DNA of 64,000 bases from Mytilus edulis (taxonomy: Eukaryota), in contig NC_092348.1 of the NCBI RefSeq assembly GCF_963676685.1, positions 55,800,001-55,864,000 on the forward strand. The letters run 5' to 3'. Of the stretch, positions 39,926 to 51,968 are shown in pieces. The notes under the pieces were generated by a model. It did no database searches and had not been told where the DNA came from. It saw only the letters and a program-made list of their open reading frames with translations. The position numbers were made by a program, and so were the translations under genes. The first letter of the stretch is position 1. Every line of letters begins with the position of its first letter.

Positions 39926-41907
39926 CGTAAATAGATATAAGAAGATGTGGTAGGAGTGCCAATTAGACAATTCATCTAAGTCATAATTTGTAAACCATTA
40001 CCAGTCAAAGTACGGTCTTCAACACGGAGCCTTGGCTCACGCCGAACAGCAAGCTATAAAGGGCCGCAAAAATAATATAGTGTAAAACCATTCAAACGGG
40101 AAAATTAACGTTCTTATCTATATACATGTAAAAATTATGCAGATAATTATATTCAAAGCTTAATCTATAGCTATTGCTTATTACGAAAAAAACACGAATA
40201 TTAAAGTTCAGAAATGTACTAAATTCGATATAAGGTAAAACATAACATTGGTAGAACTTTGGGTAAATGTAAAATAAAAATGTTCAAGTATCAAGCCTAC
40301 ACATTTGAGGATCGGAGATTTGTGAGAAGCAAGAAAGCGGTCTTCGTATTTCCAAACTCAGTAAATTTACTACACCGGCGATGTTTTCCGGTACATTATC
40401 CTTACTTATGTTCCATTGACAAAGCAAAATTAATACTACCAATCGGCAATATCCACCAAGACTCGCATTGGTGATCATAGGTTGGATGGATTAAAGTCCA
40501 TGCAGCACCAATCAGTTAACGCAAACGTTCCCACATGATATTTAACGTCGAAACGTCATAAACCTCTCTGGCAACCTTGTATCAGAGTAGAACGTTGCTA
40601 TCTATCTGACTGCTGCTTTTATATGCCTGAATAACTGAAATTGAATTTTGAAAGTTTTAAGAGGGATCTCGTTGTCAGGTAAGACTATTTCTTTTTGTCT
40701 CAAGTGTCATTTCCCGAGGTAAGGCAAATCTAAAGGAAAATTAGCGAACATTATTGATGTATTTGTCCTCCTGTAAACTTTTTTTACAAGTTTTTTGTTT
40801 CTTCGATCTCAATTTTACACAACATTTCAATTTTGGACTGATTTTTTTTCTGACGCAAGTACAATTAGTATATTATTCCAATCATCCAAGTTAACAGCCA
40901 GGCTACAAAATTAGAATAATTGAGCTATTTTGATATTGGCCATTTGAAAGAACCATTTACATAAAATAATCTTGTATAAAAAGGCTCTTGTATGTCAAAT
41001 AAAGAAATACTAGCAATTCCACCACTGCCTACAGTATTATCTTTTTCTTTTATTTATGTTTGGTTATTGTTTTTTGTTTGTTTGCTGGAATATTGAAATA
41101 TAATTAATATATGTAAAATTGTGTACAAATGGCTTGCAAGTGCATCATAGACATATAAAATAATTATAAAGTTAGTTGAAGACAGTCTGTTTTTCTAGAG
41201 TAGCGGCATATAATTCAAATGTTATAAGTTAACACAAGTAAGCACAGTTAATACAAATGGAAATTTAGTGCGGCCGACGCGCTTTTCTGGATTAACCTTC
41301 CTCAGTATCACTCTAATGTATCATGAGTATATGTAAACACTTGGACACGTTGGAGGCAACATAACCAAAATGAACCTTAAAGAATAACACAATTTATCTT
41401 AGGTAACTGAACTTTACATGGAGGCAGTTGAAACCCTTGAAAATTGCTGTTAATATCATACTATTGCAATTGATGTTCTTAGAATAGGGATCATGTACAG
41501 TTAAACCTCGGCCGATAAAAACTGTCACATGATCCTTGACCGTCTAAACGTCATAGTTCTGATATTTCTTTGGCAACGTCGCCAGTTTGCTAACTTGCCT
41601 TCAGCAGTGTACACAGTGTTAACTATTCTAAACGTATATAACCATTTGTCCGAGATTCATCAATCGAGAACAACTTGGTAAGTTTCTATTCATATTAAAA
41701 AAAAACCCAGATATACTGCTTGCAGGAGCAACAGGTCGAATGAACAACACAATGAGTTGTTTCATCAGATGAAAAAAATAAGACATATGAGAGACAGAGT
41801 GAGGGGTGAGAGCGAAAGAGAAAGAGAGGAATTAATTACAACAAGTAAGGCAAAAAATTAAAAAAAAAACGAATAAAAAAGTAACAATTCCATATATTTT
41901 TTTCAGA

Positions 41908-44900
41908 ATGAAAATGGAGACCGATAATAACAGTCTAAATTGGAATATTCGTAGTTTAATGGTGTCATTATTCCAAGTTGCTTTTAGGTATGTATTCAAT
42001 ACCATTACTATGAGCTACTATATTTTGACAAACGTCATTTTCTAGACTGACTTTAGAATGTAAAACCTATTTTGTATTGGCTAAAATCAAATTTAAGATT
42101 TAAATAAAACACTATAGGAATGTATATTACTTCAGTAAATCAAATATGTTCGACATCCGGATTTTGCAATTTTGAAAAAGAAGAAGAATAATATTCAGTG
42201 TGTCTTTCTGCCCTCTATGAGAATATCCTTTTCACTATAATTTATTTATTCTATTGAATGGGAATAAATTTCCTGAACGCCGTTACATTAATTCTGAATA
42301 CTTCTTGGTTTTATTTTCAGTGAAATAGAAGCTAACATTATGTCTGGTGCACAAGTAGTTAATTGTAACGAGACTGAAATACCATTGAATAAAAAAGAAG
42401 AAGAAATAACAGACGGTGACGAATGTGCTGCTTTTTACAAATCCGTCAGAGATGCTGAATACAATAAACTTGTTGACGCATATGCCAGAGAAAAGATCAT
42501 CCAAGAAGAAAAGAAGAGAAATATGATAGTAAGAGAAAAAGAAAAGATCATTTCAACCAAAGAAATAACAGACGGCGACGAATGTGCTTCTTTTTACAAA
42601 TCCGTCAGAGATGCTGAATACGATAAACTCGTTGACGCATATGCCAGAGAAAAGATCATCCAAGAAGAAAAGAAGAGAAATAGGATAGTAATAGAAGAAG
42701 AACAGATAATTTCAACCAAAGAAATAACAGACGACGATGAATGTGCTTCTTTTTACAAATCCGTCAGAGATGCTGAATACGAAAAACTTGTTGACGCATA
42801 TGTCAGAGAAAAGATAATCAAAGAAGAGGAGAGAAATAGGATAACAAGAGAACAAGAAAAGATAAAGACACAATTTGAAGAGTTCTGGAAACCAGCCACT
42901 GACCTTGACTCACTTCGGCGTTTTTCCCAGGAGGTATAAACATTGTTGTTTTTAATGTATGTTTCTTCCACTTTATTGTCGGAGTTTTTGGTGCTAAAAA
43001 AAAATCGCATTTTTACACTATAGATACAGTAGTGTTTCCCATAGAAGTAACCGTCCCATCAATCAGTAGCTAATAACGGTTTATTTATCTTTTTACTATT
43101 TTTTTTCAAAATGACCTGTTTCAATATTGTGCGTAGATGTCAAAACTGTAAACTTTTCGTAATTTTCATATCTTCATATATTTATTTTTGTGACAGCCAA
43201 AGAACAGTAGAGAAAAGGCTTGCACTTCGCCACAAGAACTGATTTTTAAAGAGGAACAAACAGAGAAAAGACAATCAGAACCATACCTTTCACCGACAAA
43301 AGAAGAAAGAATACACTCATTTTTGCGAGAACAGCATAACAATTATCAAAGCTTCCAAATGACAGACACGTGGAATGTAGCAATCGACAGTAAGCACATA
43401 TAGAAATTAAATATGAGATTTTTGAAAAAGGCCGAGGAACACACATGGAAATATAAACAAATTACGTGAACAAAAGGAAATATTACTTACAAATCAAACA
43501 TAATAATTGTTTTCGATGTTATTTAAACAAATATAGTTTTTTTTTTATGTTACCCTGTTATCGTATCAAAATAAAAAGATTTGTACCCTCTTTCATATTT
43601 TGATGAAAAAGTTTGGAAACATGGCGAAAATCCTCAAACAATTCCATGACATTTGTGTTTCAGAGATTTGGGTTGAAAACCGTAGGAGAAATTGATAATA
43701 TAAAAAATGTACTATCTTTCATAAATCTTGCTGAACATGTTGGAAAATAAAAAAGTCAAACAAAAATTAAGAGATGGTGAAACCAAAAAAAGGACATTAA
43801 AATATAATTTAAAAACGAAAAGCACTGAAATAATGAGTTTGCCATTAGAAGACCAATTAATTGTTTGTGTTTCATTATTACATTTTCATGTTTATAATTG
43901 AGAAACATTTTGCTTTTCTTTTCAGAGGAACTGGACGGATCTGTTGTTCCAAAGAAAATGGGATATCTTCAACGAATAGCCAATAAAGTATTTAAGGTAA
44001 AGTATATTGGTGTTGTTATAAAAAATAATTTCAGTAACAGAAGATAATACTTTTTACAGCATTGATTCACATTTACTGGTGAAACGCTGTCTATAAGCCT
44101 GATTCAAGCCTGATTCATACTGAAACAAAATGTCAAAATTACAATTTAGATAAACGCATATTTTATTTCCGTAAATTCACTGGGTGGTCTTTTAAAACAG
44201 AAACTCCCATTTTTTATATCATGACTAGTATAAAAGGACCTAATAACAATTAATTTGACTCTTTTTTTTTAGAGAAGCAAGCCTTCAACAAAAGACATCA
44301 TTGATAAACAGCTTGCTTTAAAGGAAGAACTAAAGTTAGATTTCTCGACATTAGATGACAACATAGAAGATCAAGGTACATTATATCAAACCAGGGTGGA
44401 TTCAGGAATTTATAAGGGAGGGGGGGGGGGGCGTAGAGTAAATTATAGAAATTATCTCGCCGGCTGAAGCGAGGCGATTTTTTTTTGGACCTTTTTTTGG
44501 GTAAAATCACGTAAAATAATAATTAAAAAAAAAGTGAAAGTAAAGGGGGCGTACGCCCTCTACGCCCCCCTGAACCCCCCACTGCAAATCACCCTTTTCT
44601 ATCTACAGAAGTTACCATTTTATAACCTAGATGGCTTTTCGATTCATAATAAATACAGCCAAATGCTGGATATCACCACTAATGTCATTCATTTTTTGTA
44701 CGTAAAACTTTAAAAAAATCATCACTGAAATTTTGAATACAAATTTTATGTTTTAAAATATCACAATTATGTACTCAACCCTAACACCCAAAGTATTTTG
44801 TTATGATTGATAATGAGGTTGTATTTTAAAAATCGATCATTTAAAAAAATGTCCTTTCACTGTTCCCATGTTAATAAAGTATTATTATCTTCTAGATATA

Positions 44901-45170
44901 CCAGACACATCAAGGACGTCAGACAGTGAATGGTTCAGTATTAGTTTAAGTGACACAGAAGAAACTCCAAGACCACATTTAAAGCCATTCTTTTCATCAG
45001 TATTAGAAGAAATACATGTTTCAACGATTACTAGTAACACAAAAGAATCTGTAATAGATATTGAAGTTGGCTTTCAATCCAAACCTAACAGTGGATTCAC
45101 GAGCTTTCGACAGTGGTTCTGTCAACTTTTTTGTTGTCATAGCAAACCTGATGAAGATTTTGACAATTGA
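41908..45170 (+). CDS. Uncharacterised ~444-aa protein with three 53-aa tandem repeats; exons 41908-41987, 42321-42933, 43197-43389, 43926-43996, 44273-44375, 44896-45170
   Basis: Six exons joined by GT-AG introns with matching phases (2,0,1,0,1) give one 1335-nt open frame; AATAAA at 45204-45209. Confidence 0.8.
42403..42860 (+). repeat. Coding tandem repeat, 159-nt (53-aa) unit, ~3 copies
   Basis: GAAATAACAGAC starts at 42403, 42562, 42721. Confidence 0.95.
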
Positions 45171-45363
45171 AAATAATTATTTTTGTTGTTTATTTGTTTA
45201 TTTAATAAAACTTTTATTTTTGTTTAATTTAAGATTTATTTGAAGCTAGGTTCAAATTGCCAATCAGACCAACTCGATCCATCTCGATAAAGATAAATTA
45301 AACCTGTTTGATATGTGGTCCAGATTAACTCGACCGATCGCTTCATGATCACTACGACTTCTA

Positions 45364-46306
45364 TAAAATTGAGAAAGGAAATGGTGAATATGTCAAAGCG
45401 ACAACCACCCGACCATAGAGCAAACAACAGCCGAAGGCAACCAATGGGTCTTCAATGTAGCGAGAATTCCCGCACCCGTAGGTGTCCTTCAGCTGGCCCC
45501 TAAAATATGCATAATAGTACAGTGATAATGGACGTCATACTAAACTCCGAATTATACACAAGAAACTAAAATTTAAAATCATACAAGACTAACAAAGGCC
45601 AGAGGCTCCTGACTTGGGACAGGCGCAAAATTGCGGCGGGGTTAAACATGTTTATGAGATCTCAACCCTCCCCCTATACCTCTAGCCAATGTAGAAAAGT
45701 AAAAGAATAACAATACGCACATTAAAATTCAGTTCAAGAGAAGTCCGAGTCTGATGTCAAAAGATGTAACAAAAGAAAATAAATAAAATGACAATAATAC
45801 ATAAATAACAACAGACTACTAGCAGTTAACTGACATGCCAGCTCCAGACCTCAATTAAACTGATTGAAAGATTATGTCTTCATCATATGAATATCAGGTA
45901 CAATCCCTCCCGTTAGGGGTTTAGTATCATACTATCATAAAATATATGAGAAGAACATAACCCGTGTCATGCCAACAACTGTTTTTTTAGAAATAAATGT
46001 GTTTAGTTCCGATGCAAAGACCCTATCAGTGAATCAATGTTAAAGCCAAAATATGCAATCTTTAATGACCTGACAACAGTATCGTAACTATATCCCCTTT
46101 TAATAAGTCTATTTAAAGGTTTTGTTAGTTTCTGAGGAGAATACTGACATTTTTGTGCTTTATAAAGAATATTTCCATAAAATTTTGGATGTGAAATACC
46201 TGAACGTATAAGATGTCTGCATGTTGAGTTATATTTACGAATTATTTCCTTATACCGGTGATAAAATTTAGTAAATGTTTTGACCAGTTTGTGATATCGA
46301 AAACCC
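45364..46306 (-). mobile_element. 3' end of Penelope-like retroelement (family A), second copy
   Basis: Reverse complement of 10397-11234 with few differences; extends the frame to GFRYHKLVKTFTKFYHRYKEIIRKY, a PLE-type RT C-terminal motif. Confidence 0.7.
45597..45687 (-). ncRNA. Twister ribozyme motif, P5-type (identical to 10912-11002)
   Basis: Reverse complement of the 91-nt motif above. Confidence 0.8.
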
Positions 46307-47297
46307 TATACATTTTTCATCCCAGACCAGCTCGACCAATACCCGACATCTACCACATTCGATCACTCTTCGATCTCTACTCGGCCATGCACGTGTATAC
46401 ATGACTGGTACACCATTCTCTAAAAATGTGTGCAGCTCTTATTAACTCTCATAACTTTGCTTCCGCAAAAATACCGGTATATTGTAGCTATTTATTTCTT
46501 AACTGTACACAAATTCCTCCATGTACAGTACGCATCTGTACATTTGCAAGGAGGTGTAAATTTTTAAAGGAGAGACAAAAGATACCAAAGGAACGATCAA
46601 ACTCAAAGGCGCAGCCATAGCGAAAATCGAAAGTTGACGAGAACACAAACAGCAGTCCACATAACACAACATAAAAAAATAAAAACTTAGCAACACGAAA
46701 CCCAATAAAAAACCTGCTAAATCCTGTTAATGTTTATATTTGTGTAATGCACAATGTTATGCTGTTCTTAGACAGTTGGTGGCAATCCCATGAATCTGTT
46801 TATGTCAACAAGCAATATTAAAATACCTACTTCAGCTATCAGAAACTAGGGTTTCAAAAGTTGAGACATGTTGACTGAAATGGTTTATAAATACATTATT
46901 CTGTCCAGTCGGATGGGTTTGTGTATTCTAATTTTAATACCTTATTTTGGTCTACTGAGCAGTTATTTTATACACCAAAAATATAATTTTTAGGACCAGA
47001 GAATTAATAAAACAACAAAATCTTAACATTTACCAATGAATCATGAACCATGAAAATTTAGGTAAACTTTGAAAAAGTGTTATTTCGTTTTTTTACAAAC
47101 AAAATTTGTTTACCAACCTTAAAATCAAACGATGTGTTATGTTTATATACATATGCACGTTCATGGCTCTTCGATCTGTCGATACCTGTATCGTGGCATT
47201 GCACAAGGTTATGTTTTCCGTGACTGTCTTTGCACTAAATCCATTGGATGTTGGGTGTGTACTGATTGACGTTTTAGTCTTAGATGTATGTTTTTTT

Positions 47298-47581
47298 AAC
47301 ACCGCCGCATTTTTGCGCCTGTCCCAAGTCAGGAGCCTCTGGCCTTTGTTAGTCTTGTATTATTTTAATTTTAGTTTCTTGTGTACAATTTGGAATTTAG
47401 TATGGCGTTCCTTATCACTGAACTAGTATATATTTGTTTAGGGGCCAGCTGAAGGACGCCTCCGGGTGCGGGAATTTCTCGCTACATTGAAGACCTGTTG
47501 GTGACCTTCTGCTGTTGTTTTTTCTATGGTCGGGTTGTTGTCTCTTTGACACATTCCCCATTTCCATTCTCAATTTTATTT
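47298..47581 (+). mobile_element. Short family-A-like insertion beginning at the twister cleavage site, nested in a family B element
   Basis: Starts AACACCGCCGCATTTTTGCGCCTGTCCCAAGTCAGGAGCCTCTGGCC and ends ...TTCTCAATTTTA like 10956-11234; flanks (47245-47297 and from ~47590) are the two halves of family B. Confidence 0.75.
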
Positions 47582-47792
47582 TTAAAGTTATTTTTATTTG
47601 TTGTTATTGGCTTCGAACTAGCTGTCAGTAAGAATGAATACTCTCAGATCTGTACTTAAGTGTCATTTATTGTGGTGATACGAAGTAAAAGTACCCTGCC
47701 ACGTCCACTCTGTGTTTTTGTTATCTCTACCTCTGATGAGTTTAGAAATATTCAACTGATTTATATTATGTTTTACTGTTACATCAGTGTCC

Positions 47793-47873
47793 CAGGTAAG
47801 GGAAGGGTTGACGTTTTCAAACTAGTTTAACCCCATCACGTTCTGTACGTGCCTGTCCCAAGCCAGGAGCCTG
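47793..47873 (+). ncRNA. Twister ribozyme motif, family B-like copy (degenerate GCC->ATC)
   Basis: CAGGT..GGGAAGGG...AAACTAGTTTAACCCC..ACGT/ACGT GCCTGTCCCAAGCCAGG AGCCTG. Confidence 0.6.
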
Positions 47874-48365
47874 TATTTCAGTGGTTGTCTGGTTTGTTGC
47901 TGTGTTTCATATTTGTTTTTCGTTCATTATTTTTACATTAATCATATAGAGTCCTTTTATAGTTGAATATGCGATATGGGTTTTGTACATTGTCGAAGGC
48001 AGTACGATGGCCTGTAGTTGTTTATTTCTGAGTCATTTGGTTTCTTGTGATGAGTTGTCTCATAGGCAATCATACCACATATTCTTGTTCCTATATATAC
48101 TCTTTTGTTGTAAACGTTAGTTCCGTCACATACCAGTTCAAATACTAAAGATTATCTGTTTTATTCCATTTTTTATTTCTCAAGATAAATTTACAATATC
48201 AAATGTAAAAGTTATTAAAAATACAGTTCATAAAAGTAATTTATATATTTCAAATGATTATTTTGATACATTATTTAAATCGGCCTGAATTTAGTTTCAT
48301 CTGAAAGTTTTCATGATTTTTTATGCAAATTCTGTCAAAATATTTCGGTTTTCCCCGCAATTTGT

Positions 48366-49208
48366 CTATTTCTCTCCTATCGTTTCAATGATTTGCCATA
48401 TATGGCGATCCTTGTCTTGTAACATTTCCAAAACTTCATCGGTGAGATCAGACTTTATTCCATTTTCAAGTTCAAATTTGTACATTTGTTCCGGTGAGAA
48501 AGACAGATATTCAGCCCAGCGCTTTACCAGTAGAGACATCGTATGCTGCAACAAAGCATTGTATCGAACCTCCTCTTGAAAGTCTCTGTTGAATTTCTTC
48601 CATTCTTTTTGTTTTGTTTCGTTATCATTTACCGACTTTGATACTTCATCAGGACTACGAGATTCATCTTTTGTCTGTTTTTCACATTGTCCTTCCGTTT
48701 TTGGTTCCTGCATCAATATTTCCTGTTTTAGATTCTTTTCTGGAGAAGTAACATCTGAACGTGATACAACCATATTTGACACCGGAACTAGTTTTGCCGT
48801 TGTAATCTGACCTGAATTACTGTCGTCACTTGCAAGTCTGAGTTCAAATTGAACAACCTTGGATGCCCCTGAACTTCCACTCGAATCCAAATCAGACAAA
48901 GCAGTCAGATTTATCATATTTTGAAAGCATTGCTGAATAGAACTGGCATCGAGTCCTTTTGCGTCAACTTCTTTCTTTTTTCCAGACACGTTGATCTGAG
49001 AACTTACACTAGTAGTACTACAACTACGTGGAGGTGGTGGTATTTCGTTCGAAGGACCCAAATACTGATGATCTAACAGTATGCTAACACTTTGGTTAAC
49101 GTTTATCTCCGATAAGCTCATCATTATCTGTCCTCCTATTTTATACAGCTTCCGCTTTGCAACGTTTTCAGGACTTTCTTCCAGTTTTCTTTCTTGCTTT
49201 GACGACAA
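48366..49208 (-). CDS. Uncharacterised ORF (first ATG 49124); Ser-rich low-complexity middle, helical C-terminus with weak death-fold resemblance; possibly a pseudo-exon
   Basis: 843-nt open frame in AT-rich DNA; in-frame TGA at 49221-49223 just downstream of a plausible acceptor (TTTAG, ~49241). Confidence 0.5.
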   Translation of the reverse strand: MSSKQERKLEESPENVAKRKLYKIGGQIMMSLSEINVNQSVSILLDHQYLGPSNEIPPPPRSCSTTSVSSQINVSGKKKEVDAKGLDASSIQQCFQNMINLTALSDLDSSGSSGASKVVQFELRLASDDSNSGQITTAKLVPVSNMVVSRSDVTSPEKNLKQEILMQEPKTEGQCEKQTKDESRSPDEVSKSVNDNETKQKEWKKFNRDFQEEVRYNALLQHTMSLLVKRWAEYLSFSPEQMYKFELENGIKSDLTDEVLEMLQDKDRHIWQIIETIGEK

Positions 49209-49499
49209 CAGTTCCCGACGTCATAGTATATTTTGTAATTCTAAATGCAAGCCAAGACTTCATCTCTCATTCAATCATTGATAGAAAATAAAATGACATG
49301 TTTGAAAATTTGTTTTCAATTAAAATACCGATTACCATCTAAGCCAAATTATCAACAAAACGTTGAAGTTCTCAGTAAGAAAATACTTAATTTCTGTGTC
49401 ATTTTGGTCTCTTGTGGAGAGTTTGTTTTTATAAATATAACGTCTAGTGGCAAATAGTTCATGCATGTTCAGGACGAGAAAAAATTAACAATAAACACA

Positions 49500-51360
49500 A
49501 TAGGAAGGTCCTGTAAAAAGGCAGTCCGGGAAAACTGAACAGCAAAAATTTACCATGGATAACAGACAGTCTTAAAAGACAAATGAAAAGTGCAATAAAA
49601 AGTATCAAAAGTACAAATTGAAAGGAAAAGGGAAACAAGAACAACTAAAAAACATAAAACATGAAATACAAAAACATCAAAGAACATCTTATTCGAATTA
49701 TATTGAAAATATGATATGTGGTAGACAAGCTGATAACAACCCTACTACTATATCAAAGAGCCCTCAAATATGTTCAATAATATAAAAACACAAAAGTCTG
49801 AAAGCTCTAAAAATACAAAAACAGGGCATAGAAAAACTTTTAAATAACATCAATATCAACAAAGCAGCTGAGCCCGATCTCATCCATTGAAAATTTTTAA
49901 AAGACTGTAAGACATCTATATATCACTCCCATCTTAATTATCAATCATATTCCAAAAATTACTGAACTCTGGAAAAATCCCAGACGACTGGCGTCACGCA
50001 AGTATATGTCCAGCATTCAAAAAGGCGACAAACACGATCCTATAAACTATCGCCCAATTTTATTGACTTGCATCTGCTGCAAACTTTTAAAACATGTTGT
50101 AGTTAAATATATAATGAAACATCTGGAAAAAAATAAAATACTATATGACTTACAACATGAATTTCGATCATTTCCCTCCTGTGAAACTCAACTATTTCTA
50201 AATATCTTTTATTCAAGATTTTGCAAATTCAAATAACTAAAACATTCAAATAGACATCATAATAATGGATTTTGCAAAAGTATTTGATAAAGTTTCACAC
50301 CACCACCTCATGTATAAAATTGGTTTCTACGGTATAAATTGCAACGCATTACATTGGATTCAAAAGATGTTTTAACAAACAGAACAAGCACAGTAGTTCT
50401 TCAAGGTTAAACATCAAATAAAATTCCTGTAACATCTGGGGTACCACAAGGCACAGCGCTTGGTCCAATTTTATTCTTATTTATCCATTATTTCGCAGAA
50501 AATATTGAACATAGTACATTAAGATTGTTCGCAGATGATATAATTATTTATAGGGAAATTTAAAAACAGATGACACATATACATTACAGTCTTACTTAGA
50601 AGAGGCTGGCAGATGGGAACAGGAATGGCTCATGCATTTTCATCCTGTAAGTGCAACATTCTCAGTGTAACTCAAAAACGCAAACCTTTAGACTTCACTT
50701 ATAAATTACACAATCACTCTCTAGAAAAAATCGACTCTAAAAAATATTTAGGCTTAACTCTTCAATCAAATTTAACAAAAAAATCGATAATAAGACATCA
50801 AAAGCAAATTAGTCTCTTGGATTTATTCATAGAAACCTAAAAATAGCCTCACCTAAAGTTAAAGCTCATAAATTTAAAGCTCTTGTCCGACCAAAACTAA
50901 ATTACTGCTATACTTTTTGGGATCCACATCAAAAACAGCAAATTCACAAATTGAAAAAGTTCAGAGAATAGCAGCACGCTTCTCATGAAACCGCTTCCAT
51001 AACACAAACTCAGTTACTGAAATGATGACAGAACTAAATTGGTACCCACTTGAAATTGCGCGTTTACGATACAGACTTGTCTTTTTTACAAAATTGTACA
51101 CAAATTGTTGCAGTCCCTAAATATAACCGTTTGATTCCAATAGACAATAGAACCAGATATAGCAATCCATCACTGACTGTGTCACATCCACACTCATTTA
51201 GGCAAATTTATACAAACATCTAAAGACAGTTATAAATATTCATTTTATCCACTAAGTTATAAATTGGGATCATCTGCCACAACAAATAGTATCATGCAGT
51301 ACAGTACAGGGATTTAAGAGTATGATCTCAGAATCTACTCTCATCCCCATATTCTATCCA
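49500..51360 (+). mobile_element. Degenerate non-LTR retrotransposon (LINE, CR1/L2-group-like) RT region
   Basis: Frameshifted motifs KKGDKHDPINYRPI, DFAK.FDKV, SGVPQGTALGPILF, LFADD, KYLGLTLQSNL, LVRPKL, WDPH. Confidence 0.85.
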
Positions 51361-51968
51361 TAACTATTCTGTTGGCAAATGTATATACAAATGTAGTTTT
51401 ATCTAAATTTTATTTTTCAAATAGTCATACATTATTTTGATTTTTTAATTGTGTTACTCTTATTTTTCTTGCTACAATGTTAATTAAGAATTTGATAGTC
51501 GACGCCCGGCGAATAATCTTCAATAATTGAATGATCGCTAGAAACTTTAAGAAGGAGAACACGGGGGTATATTAGAAATGTAAAGATCTTTTACCTTTCA
51601 GCAGGCCACCTACAGAACCCCCACATTTATATCGATTTTGGTAACTTTAGTGTAAAGGGCGACTTTTGTTTTTACGTATTAAAATGCAGTGTACATCCGA
51701 TTCGATGATCTTTTCCTCAAAATTGGTACAAATAATCTTCCTATATATAATTTAACTAAATTAATTAATTAAATATATATATTCCTTCGTGTCCAAGGTA
51801 CTAAAAATGCATGTTGCATGCTTCCTCCTTTTTACCATGAATATCATCTCAGTTGATCACCATGGTAAAGTGCATTTACTCCTTTCCAACTGATTTTTAG
51901 TTTGTGTTTTTGTTGTGCTTTTAAGCCAGTCTCCAAAGTTACGCTATTTTTTTTTATTTAAAAATTAA

